Shown here piece after piece: positions 9,901-17,300 of a stretch of DNA of 64,000 nucleotides. Under the pieces are notes generated by a model, which saw only the letters and a program-made list of their open reading frames with translations, had not been told where the DNA came from and ran no database searches. Source of the stretch: Elusimicrobiota bacterium (GTDB lineage: Bacteria > Elusimicrobiota > Elusimicrobia > F11); NCBI GenBank assembly GCA_044221725.1, contig JBGAON010000003.1:480001-544000 (forward strand). Direction: 5' to 3'. The position numbers and the translations under genes were made by a program. Position 1 is the stretch's first letter; each line of letters starts with the position of its first letter.

Positions 9901-12791
9901 CGCGAGTACGGTCCTGCGAGCCCTTGAATTGTGCTCGAGCTGGCCGTCACACCGCCCGCGGTAATATCCGTTGCGGTCAGTGTGTGAATCACTGCGGCTT
10001 TCAAAACAAGCGTTGTACTGAATTCGCCGAGCGCCAGATCTCCCTGCGCGGGGCTAAATTGCGCGTAGGAATCGCTCGCGAAGGCGACTTTCTGCGACGA
10101 GATTGTTGTTAATTGGTTGAAATACTGATCGCAAGCGACGGCGCGAACCGTGATGGCCGTTCCAACCGAGCGTGGAGCATTTGCGCCAGTTTTTCCCCAT
10201 GTTGTTCCGGGCGCCGCTACCTCGTCGGGACCCAGCAGCAACAATTTTTTATATCCGAGCGAATTCGGAAGAACCTTAAATGAATTGCTCGTGCTGGTTG
10301 TGCCGCCCCATTGCATGACGATTTTGACGGCGTTGTTCGCCGCGAAGCAGGTGATCGGACCATTGTAGATACCGCCGGACATCGATACGGTCGCTGGAGA
10401 CATCGTGCCCACGCCGGTTGTTGCCGACAAATTAATGGAATTGTTGAAATTGTTGATGATCTGATTGAACTGATCTTCTGCTTGAATCAAAACGTTGAAC
10501 GGAACGCCCGCCTCTTTGTCGGTATTGCTAGCGAGAGTGAAACGGAAGTGATCGACGTTTCCCGGACCTACCGGAATGGAAACACTCTGGAAAAGATTGG
10601 CGTTTCCGGCATCTTCGACGCGCACTGCTGAATTTTCGCCGAGCGACACGCTAACCGTGCGGTTGCTGGCGGCCATTGAAACGGATTGGCCCAACGTAAT
10701 TCCGCTGATGAAACTTGCAGCGTTGCTTGGCGTGATAGAGAAGCGCGTATTGGCGTACGGCGGATTCTGTAGCGGATTCCAGTATTGATCGGTGAGATAC
10801 GCGGTCATGTTGAACGCGATACCAGCGCCTTGCGTTGACGGCACTCCTTCTTTTCCATTTGCGAAAAATGAACCGGGGCGTAATGTTTCGCCGGGCGCTT
10901 CAAACGCGACACGATTGTAGGCGCCTGCGGAGACAGTTACCGTCGAGCTCAAGAAATCTTGCGGGGAAAAATTTGTGGTGGCGCGAAATTGCTTGTTGAG
11001 GCCCGCGGTACGCATGCTCACGCGGAAAGACGTGTCAAACGGCGGTGTCTGATACGTGAGTTCACCCCCGATCGGGAACGTGACGGTCGGATCGGCTGGG
11101 TGCGTCGCCGTGATATATGAGCTCGGAACCAAGCTCGACAACGTAATAGGAGTTCCCGTAATCGCAGGACCGGTAACCACATTCCAGTGCGCATCGGTCA
11201 AGCGAGCTTCGACAACCAACTGGTCGCCGGCCACGATGGTCGGCGGCGTGCCGCTGTTGCCGGGATACGTTCCAGGCGTAAACGTTTCTCCGACGAGCAC
11301 GCCGGGTTTCCCCAAAATTGTCATATGGACTTTGCTGAGGGCACCGGTCCGGACTTCGAATTGGTTGCTGTACGTTCCGACGCCAAATTGATCCTCAAAG
11401 TGCAAATCGACAACTTGGCTGCGTTTCGTAACGTTCAAATTAACGGTCGCGATACCGGCGACGAAGTTCACGACGTTGTCCGGAACGATTGTGGACGGGT
11501 TTGTATCCGCCCAAAGAACATTTTCTTGCACCGGCGGGCCGCTGATGCGCGCCGACAATTTTGCGCCCGGAAGAGCACCGTAGAGACTGGTGAGCAGAAT
11601 TCCACCGGACCGCGCTTCGATTTGAATCGTGATGACATCATCGGTTGTGAAGATCTGCCCCGGATTTGGTTGCACCGTAAACGCGTATGTGTTCGTCGCA
11701 CCGGGTGCCACCGGAACCACGGATTGATCCGCTTGGGCGGACTGTCCATTTGGGGTGGCTGTAATCGTACGCGTTCCGTTCGTGTTAAAAACAAAGCGGT
11801 TCGGTGCCGGTTGGCCACCGGCGATTTGTAGCGGCGGCGTTGTGAGACTTTGGGTGGGCGGTAAATAACTCGGCGCCACGGTGTCCGTCGGTTCCGACGA
11901 TGTGAATCCCATGCTGAGACTGACCGCTGAATAAATAGGATTGTAGAAAGCATCGACCGGCCAAATGGTGACAAGTCCTACCGGAACCGCGGCGACCTGA
12001 GTTCCAACCGTTCCACTTTTACCGATGCCGGGCGTCAGCGTTTCTCCTGGAAAAAGCATTGTGACTTTGGAATAAGCCCCCGGCGTTAAATTGAACAATG
12101 GACTCGTGTACGTTGGCGCGGGCACAGGGCCCGGCACGTTGAAACCGGTCAATCCGGAAATTGTCAGTGAAACTTTGTTGTTCATATCGCCGGCTTTTGT
12201 TGTGACGATGGCGGTGGCGATGCCATTTCCCGTCACGAAAGCGTTGCCGTCCACCGGTGTCAAAATACCCAAAGCGCTGCTGTCGACGATTTGAACCGGG
12301 TCCTCGAAATAAGAAACGAAGATTCCGTTCGCATCGAGCGGCGTGATCTGAATCGTGTAAGAAGTGTTTGCCGTAATCGACGGAATGGTGGGCGTGATCT
12401 GAAAGGTTGTCGGATACCGTTGCAGCGAGGCAGAAACCGTCGTGAAAATTGAGGGATCGTTTTTGTTTGTCACCGTCAGGTTTACATTGCCGGGAGCCTG
12501 ATGAAAGCGAATCGTGAAAATAAGTTTTCCGGTCGCATCCACTTTGTATTCGTTGGGCCCCACTTGCACACCGTTTCCGACGAAGATATCGCACGAAGCC
12601 AACGCGCCCGACGTTTGCAAAAATACGTTGTCGAAAAGCGCGGGTGAGGAAACGATTTGCAATTGATAGTCGCGCCCTTGAACGAGATTGAGCGGACGCC
12701 CATCGGTGCGCGTGATCGTGTAACCGGCGAACGCCGAGCTGACCGCCGACAGGAGGATTCCTCCAACAAAAGATAGAAGTTTGCGGTTCAT
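6921..12791 (-). CDS. Giant secreted Ig-repeat protein (1956 aa) with T9SS-like/FlgD C-terminal sorting domain
   Basis: Signal peptide; Thr/Val/Gly-rich beta repeats; C-terminus YPSPFNP...IYDLFGQKV...WRGINDDGTTVANGGY...KTKILVAK. Confidence 0.85.
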   Translation of the reverse strand: MNRKLLSFVGGILLSAVSSAFAGYTITRTDGRPLNLVQGRDYQLQIVSSPALFDNVFLQTSGALASCDIFVGNGVQVGPNEYKVDATGKLIFTIRFHQAPGNVNLTVTNKNDPSIFTTVSASLQRYPTTFQITPTIPSITANTSYTIQITPLDANGIFVSYFEDPVQIVDSSALGILTPVDGNAFVTGNGIATAIVTTKAGDMNNKVSLTISGLTGFNVPGPVPAPTYTSPLFNLTPGAYSKVTMLFPGETLTPGIGKSGTVGTQVAAVPVGLVTIWPVDAFYNPIYSAVSLSMGFTSSEPTDTVAPSYLPPTQSLTTPPLQIAGGQPAPNRFVFNTNGTRTITATPNGQSAQADQSVVPVAPGATNTYAFTVQPNPGQIFTTDDVITIQIEARSGGILLTSLYGALPGAKLSARISGPPVQENVLWADTNPSTIVPDNVVNFVAGIATVNLNVTKRSQVVDLHFEDQFGVGTYSNQFEVRTGALSKVHMTILGKPGVLVGETFTPGTYPGNSGTPPTIVAGDQLVVEARLTDAHWNVVTGPAITGTPITLSSLVPSSYITATHPADPTVTFPIGGELTYQTPPFDTSFRVSMRTAGLNKQFRATTNFSPQDFLSSTVTVSAGAYNRVAFEAPGETLRPGSFFANGKEGVPSTQGAGIAFNMTAYLTDQYWNPLQNPPYANTRFSITPSNAASFISGITLGQSVSMAASNRTVSVSLGENSAVRVEDAGNANLFQSVSIPVGPGNVDHFRFTLASNTDKEAGVPFNVLIQAEDQFNQIINNFNNSINLSATTGVGTMSPATVSMSGGIYNGPITCFAANNAVKIVMQWGGTTSTSNSFKVLPNSLGYKKLLLLGPDEVAAPGTTWGKTGANAPRSVGTAITVRAVACDQYFNQLTTISSQKVAFASDSYAQFSPAQGDLALGEFSTTLVLKAAVIHTLTATDITAGGVTASSSTIQGLAGPYSRLQIIAPGELPDPGNEATGGKKAGFPPSDQMVSVANTVTILSVDNYYNPVQFSGGDVLFVSSPTNTIYLPPNNTQNGPTPRTIQTGTHTRSVLFGSEGFYTLKALDQNDLTKTFGQVTIHVVPGPTYNIQSPATAVAGSNFGAVTISLQMNGIPVNGYSQTVFLSAVLPDGTPATGQFTPDGSERQFVTNNGVVVINDLNYQYVEGIKIKVRDNFGRIAFSNLIDVQPSGLKYTVSVPATGIVGPPSTFRARIELRDRSTDTLIKSPLYNHTVGLEATSLLFPTADGTLSVSSASLVNGICAIDVAYTKAEAIVLKASNLNLAGWTIVPRNSNAITLSPDSYKKLIIIAPGETHTPGVTANPTGKTGTPNQQDRKLSVVFQVKGTDQFANTVDSFNGGKIHFESTDALAFLNAPVPQDAPLAGGQTATAITFNKAGTIPVIVRDDNNGTIVSQKVDVPVIGTFFDIAVPATQFTGQAFSMTISLRNSAGAVVPAFGPITIEALQVDGSKATGTLDVTSANLVAGNVTITNQRYTIAEGIRLRVKDLTGDNESVSNVISFIPRAVTYQFRDIPAESEVNKLFNFTIQAIDSDTGTEIKNMNRTGLPLEAFVSVSGLPAGGTFVPNLVNVVNGKITVSATYNRAETIYLRLADNTTVFDPPPVPTQQYYFSGAAIKINPGALVTVDVKDPIQFLAGTSDDETLTFKDTFGNLIPNQKVSLSADIPGQLRMNSESNELVALTDANGELKVTFSALPNANGLITVRILDLDRPNRGFAKEFKVNILGINGGPGRALTLGGNRIPVNTPWFIDLTGLQVSAGGVVSTYYSLDGGPYQTYNPSSGATGFSTTKTYDFRWYSDVCYPNVDPTCVNKVSELVTNGGPHTLDILTYQLSDKLVGYPSPFNPKSSNGDNFITIQYPLASASSVDVDIYDLFGQKVWHQTIDAGQQGGEARTDNRVIWRGINDDGTTVANGGYVVVVKVGATGQRMKTKILVAK

Positions 12792-13156
12792 GGCCGCACC
12801 TCCACCGCTTCTTCCACATATCTTTGGGTGTCGGGATTTTTGTCATCCGTCAAAACGCAAACCGTGTAAGAACCGATGAACGCAGCGTGCAACGTAATTT
12901 TTCCAATGCCGTCACGCAGGGTAACGCGGTTCGGTTCACCAACACCACGACGCCGCAATTCAACAAGGACTGTTTCGTTCGTCTTGAATTTTTTTCCGTC
13001 TTTGAGCGCGGTTATTTCCACCGGAAGATCGGATTTAAGTGAGATCGATTTCGGAACCGCAACTTTAAAGCTTTGAATTTCGCTGGCGTGGATCGAGAGA
13101 ATTCCAAAAAAAACGACGGCCGCGCACGTAGCTATAATTTTTGTGAATCGTTTCAT
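12788..13156 (-). CDS. Small secreted protein, probably a single Ig-like domain; first gene of cassette-1 operon
   Basis: AAGGAGG RBS before ATG AAA CGA (MKRFTKII) at 13156, preferred over the track start at 13177; signal peptide; stop overlaps the next start (ATGA). Confidence 0.7.
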   Translation of the reverse strand: MKRFTKIIATCAAVVFFGILSIHASEIQSFKVAVPKSISLKSDLPVEITALKDGKKFKTNETVLVELRRRGVGEPNRVTLRDGIGKITLHAAFIGSYTVCVLTDDKNPDTQRYVEEAVEVRP

Positions 13157-13283
13157 CGTTGCGTCCTCCTTGCACATTTCTCTCGATCGTTCGAGTAAAT
13201 CCCTGAAAACCTTAAATCACAATGTGTTTTTGGTCACAGGTTTGCCTTCCAAATGTCACCGAAACTTGTGACATAAGCTCGTG

Positions 13284-13299
13284 TGCAATGTTCATGCCA
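13284..13299 (-). promoter_or_regulatory. sigma54 (-24/-12) promoter
   Basis: Minus strand TGGCATG-AACA-TTGCA matches TGGCACG-N4-TTGC(A/T) with exact spacing, ~130 bp upstream of the cassette-1 operon. Confidence 0.7.
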
Positions 13300-13408
13300 C
13301 GAATTAGCGACAGGAATCGTGTTGGTTTAGCGCGGTGATTTAGGAACGAGGGGCGAGGTTTGCGGACGAATTTTGCCGGGATGCGCGCGATGTTAAGACG
13401 GAAAAATC

Positions 13409-14332
13409 TTAGTGATCGCGGGTGACGACGAAATCGGTGAGGAGGTGCAGAACCTGGGCGGATGTGCCAAACGAGGCGAGAGCCGCATGCGCTTTTTTTG
13501 CAAACTTCAGAGCATGCAATTTCGATGAATCGAGTCCGAAAATTTCTGGGTAAGTGAGCTTTTTATTCGCACGGTCACTTCCTCTCTTGCCGAGTTTCAC
13601 CTTGTCCCCTACCACGTCGAGAATATCGTCGGTAATCTGAAAAATGAGACCCAGGCAATGCCCGTAGCGTTCCATGGCGGACACTTGTTTTCTGTTTCCC
13701 CCAGCCACAAGGGCGCCGGCCATAAGGCTTCCTTGGATGAGCGCCGCGGTTTTTTTGCGATGAATATAATCGAGTAATGCTTCCGGCGATCGAAATTCGG
13801 AATCTTTAAGATTTTTCCACCGGCCCTTGTCCGCTTTGATATCGGCAACTTGACCGCCAACCATGCCCCGGCTTCCGGCCGCCTGCGCGACGATCTTCAC
13901 GGCCTCGAGTGCACGCCGCGGCTCAATATTTTTTTTCTGCGAATTCTGAGCCAAAAGCTCGAATGCCCGAGTAAGCAGCGCGTCTCCGGCGAGAATTGCA
14001 ATGTCTTCACCGTAGACTTTGTGGTTCGTCGGCTTTCCGCGGCGAAGGTCGTCATTGTCCATGGCCGGCAAGTCATCGTGGATGAGCGAATACGTGTGAA
14101 CGAACTCCAGCGCACATGCCGTTTCTATAACGTCCGATGCTTTTCCCCCGCAGATTTCCGCGGCAGCGATAACGAGGATGGGGCGTAAGCGTTTTCCTCC
14201 GGCCATAACGGAATAGCGCATCGCATCGTGAATGATTGCGGGTTTGTCGGTGACACGGGGCAAAAAACGCAGCAGCGCCGTGTCGATGACTTTTCCATGC
14301 CGCCGAAAATAGCGGTCGAGCTCGGGTGTCAC
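13409..14332 (-). CDS. ispA: Farnesyl/geranylgeranyl diphosphate synthase
   Basis: GGKRLRP, HTYSLIHDDLPAMDNDDLRRGKPTNH, GQVAD, KKT, FQITDDILD motifs. Confidence 0.93.
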   Translation of the reverse strand: MTPELDRYFRRHGKVIDTALLRFLPRVTDKPAIIHDAMRYSVMAGGKRLRPILVIAAAEICGGKASDVIETACALEFVHTYSLIHDDLPAMDNDDLRRGKPTNHKVYGEDIAILAGDALLTRAFELLAQNSQKKNIEPRRALEAVKIVAQAAGSRGMVGGQVADIKADKGRWKNLKDSEFRSPEALLDYIHRKKTAALIQGSLMAGALVAGGNRKQVSAMERYGHCLGLIFQITDDILDVVGDKVKLGKRGSDRANKKLTYPEIFGLDSSKLHALKFAKKAHAALASFGTSAQVLHLLTDFVVTRDH

Positions 14333-16038
14333 AGAACTGACTCGTAGATATGTTTTGTGTCGGCCACCGTACGTCGAACGTCCACTTGTGAGGTGACAGC
14401 AATAGCCGCCCGCACGATTTTGACCGCCGCACTGGTATCGCTCATCTTTCGATTAAAAGCTTCAAGAGCCTCGAGAAGGCCGAGGGCTGTCGGTTCGCCT
14501 TTAACGTACGGGATATAGAAGCCATTAACGTGGTCGGCTTCTTTCTCGATTCCTTCAAAAAAAACAAATTCCGGTACGGCACCATCGGCCGTGGCCAGCA
14601 CGGCGGCTCCGTTCATCTGCGCTTTCATGAAGCCGGTGGCCGATGCTTCGCGCGTGTCATCGGCCAGCATGATCGTACCGTCGACACCCTGATAAATCGT
14701 CGGCGCGTCCCACACGTTGAAGTTATCGATTGTAACGATTCGGTTCTGAAGACCTGGATCTTTCTCGAGGATATCCAACAAATCATAGACGATATCTTGT
14801 GCGTGATTGTCTTGCTGGTGCACCCGGCCGCCCACGAGAATCAACACATTCAGCGCATTGAATCGCGCCCGCCAATCGGGGTTCTTCAGCATTTTTACGA
14901 GCAGGTCCAGTCGTTTGTAGGGCGTGATACGGCGCGTCCATGCGATCACAAACCGATTTTCCGATTCCTTTGCCCAGTTCGGCCAAAGGTGACAGTGACG
15001 CCACGCCCAATCGAGCAGCGCTTTCTTTTTGGATTTTTTGATTTCAAGAAGCTGGGCATCGGCCAGCTGATCCGGGTTTGCGAATTCGGCAATCTGCCAA
15101 TCGGCCTTCCGTACGCCGTTCGTCACGTACTGAATTTTGTTTTTGAATTCGTGAAGCGACGGCATCGCTTTCATCACATCGCCGTGTTTCTTTGCGACAC
15201 CAAAAACAGCGTCGCAGGTGCCGACGAGCATGCTCGTAACATCGAGGCTTTTTTTCTGATCGTTCCAGCCCGGTTTGTTCAGGTAAATTTTTGGATCAAT
15301 TTTGACCAAATCCAGTGTGTGCTGATCCCAAATTGGATGCGCGTATTCCAACGGGGTGTGGTCGTTGAATATATATTTCGTGTGTGAGAAAAATGAATCG
15401 TTTTGGAACGAGTCTATGGCAAGTCTATCGTGTGCAAATATTGTCGGCGTCTCGCTAAGAACAATGATGTTCGGTTTCTCATTTAATTTTTTGCACAACG
15501 CCAAAGCACCGCGACCGACGAGCCAACTTTGTTTCAATCGCGTTTCGTGCGCCCACACGTGCGGATTTGTTGCCGTAAGATTGGTTGGCGCGTCTTTTGG
15601 CCCTGGATACACGATATCCGTGATGTGCGGAGCCGCGAGAAAATAAACCGTGGATTTTCCGTAATTCAGCTTCCAGACCGTGACATCAACGAGCTGGCCG
15701 TCGAACATTGGGAGCGCAAAGCCGAGCGACGTCGGTGTCAGCGAGGCGCGCAACGCGTTTCCAACGTTGCGCTTTTGAAGATTGATTTGTCCCCATTCGT
15801 GCCAGGCTTGGGCCCAAACGGTGTCGTATAACAGGCTTACGCCGACGACATTTAATCCGGCTTCGCCTTGCTCAAAAATGCGTTCGCGGAGCAAAGGACC
15901 GATGCCGCCCACCGATGTCGACATGGCGCACTCACGCGCTTTTTCGGCACCAAACCGCTTCGCGATATCATCGAGAAAAAATTTCGGAAGCGCCATTTCC
16001 ATGGCAACTTCTACAATCAGCGTCTTGTCGTCCAACAT
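14329..16038 (-). CDS. Alpha-glucan (glycogen/maltodextrin) phosphorylase, GT35, short divergent form
   Basis: GGIG, HTP, VTNGV, RRITPYKR and REASATGFMKAQMNG (PLP-lysine motif, cf. EASGTSGMK). Confidence 0.8.
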   Translation of the reverse strand: MLDDKTLIVEVAMEMALPKFFLDDIAKRFGAEKARECAMSTSVGGIGPLLRERIFEQGEAGLNVVGVSLLYDTVWAQAWHEWGQINLQKRNVGNALRASLTPTSLGFALPMFDGQLVDVTVWKLNYGKSTVYFLAAPHITDIVYPGPKDAPTNLTATNPHVWAHETRLKQSWLVGRGALALCKKLNEKPNIIVLSETPTIFAHDRLAIDSFQNDSFFSHTKYIFNDHTPLEYAHPIWDQHTLDLVKIDPKIYLNKPGWNDQKKSLDVTSMLVGTCDAVFGVAKKHGDVMKAMPSLHEFKNKIQYVTNGVRKADWQIAEFANPDQLADAQLLEIKKSKKKALLDWAWRHCHLWPNWAKESENRFVIAWTRRITPYKRLDLLVKMLKNPDWRARFNALNVLILVGGRVHQQDNHAQDIVYDLLDILEKDPGLQNRIVTIDNFNVWDAPTIYQGVDGTIMLADDTREASATGFMKAQMNGAAVLATADGAVPEFVFFEGIEKEADHVNGFYIPYVKGEPTALGLLEALEAFNRKMSDTSAAVKIVRAAIAVTSQVDVRRTVADTKHIYESVL

Positions 16039-16086
16039 GAAGGCGTGAACGATATCAAAATCAGAGTTTGTGTTCTTTGCTAAGGG

Positions 16087-17193
16087 TTAGCGCAGGTGAT
16101 CCCAATAGGATTCTTCTTTCATTGGAAGGATAAGAATTACCCGGTCGTTTGGAACGTCGAAGACCTCAGAAATTTTTTCCTCTTTTCGTTCGGGGCCAAA
16201 CCACGTGGAAAGCGTCAGCATCTGAGTGTTGCCGAGTTCTCCGAACGGCGTGATCGCGTAGTCGAGACTAAATTGGCGAAATTGAAGTCCGAGCCCGCCG
16301 GTCAGGCCGCTCACATTGGCGAGATTTCCCCGGTTTGTTTCGCTGGTCTGGTTGTTCGTGATACTCGTGGCGAGCTGCGCCAAATAACCAGCGCGCAACA
16401 TCACGTTGTTCGTGGCAAAAAGCTGCGTGCCAAGCGCTAATTCCGTTTGATGCGAATACGGCTTGTGATGGACGTCCGCGAGCAGAACGATCGGGTTCGA
16501 AAGACGATACGCGGTGCCAACCGACAAGGTCAGCGGCAACGCGTATTGTTCATCCACAAATTTCATTTGCGGCCCCAAATTTCGCACGCTCATTCCAAGC
16601 GACATCCGGTTAATTGGCGTCGCCGATAAGAATCCCAAGTCAACCGCGAATCCATCCGCTTCATGGCCCGCTAACTCCTGTCGAATCACTTTTAACTGCG
16701 TTCCCATCTGCATGCGCCCAAAGTTGTGCGCGTAGGCTGCCCCCAGCGCAAGATCAGAGGCCGAAAGCGAACCGGTTTTGTTGCGCTGATCATCGTAGCG
16801 GTCCTGGTCCGTGTAGGACAAATGAATCAGATCGAGACCCCAAGAGCTGGCGCCGGATCGGCTGGGAATAATGGCGCCCAAATGGTCGAGGTTCGTTTCG
16901 GAAAATTGATCTTGATGGGAAAGGGAAAGGCCCAGGGTTGGGTGCGGAAGCTGAGTTGCGCCGCGAAGATTGACAATCCCGGCCGGGTTCCAGTTCAGCG
17001 CGTTGATACCGTGGGCGAGGGCGGTGTAAGCCTGTCCCAATCCTGCCGGCTCCGCTCCAATCGGAATTTTTAGAAAATCGGCGCTCGTATCCACCCCGGC
17101 ACGAGCCACCGACAAAAGAGGAAAGACAGGCGCCAAAAAAATCGCCGCCCGCGCAACCCGCCAGAATCTATGCCGAACCGAATCCCGTTTCAT
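16087..17193 (-). CDS. PorV/PorQ-family outer-membrane beta-barrel (cassette 2)
   Basis: SADFLKIPIGAEPAGLGQAYTALAHGINALNWNPAG; C-terminal LDYAITPFGELGNTQMLTL. Confidence 0.87.
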   Translation of the reverse strand: MKRDSVRHRFWRVARAAIFLAPVFPLLSVARAGVDTSADFLKIPIGAEPAGLGQAYTALAHGINALNWNPAGIVNLRGATQLPHPTLGLSLSHQDQFSETNLDHLGAIIPSRSGASSWGLDLIHLSYTDQDRYDDQRNKTGSLSASDLALGAAYAHNFGRMQMGTQLKVIRQELAGHEADGFAVDLGFLSATPINRMSLGMSVRNLGPQMKFVDEQYALPLTLSVGTAYRLSNPIVLLADVHHKPYSHQTELALGTQLFATNNVMLRAGYLAQLATSITNNQTSETNRGNLANVSGLTGGLGLQFRQFSLDYAITPFGELGNTQMLTLSTWFGPERKEEKISEVFDVPNDRVILILPMKEESYWDHLR

Positions 17194-17230
17194 CTTGAAC
17201 GCCCGCCAAGCCGTGGACGGTGTTACAAGA

Positions 17231-17275
17231 ATGTTACGTGCTCTTCGATTAAAACCGCTTTAACTTCAGATTAAG
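17231..17275 (-). promoter_or_regulatory. Putative OmpR-family (PmrA/QseB-like) triple box plus -10
   Basis: Minus strand CTTAAT-N5-GTTAAA-N5-TTTAAT, 11 nt, then TAACAT; upstream of the PorV gene at 17193. Confidence 0.6.
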
Positions 17276-17300
17276 TTTTAGAGAAGATTCGCAAACGGGG

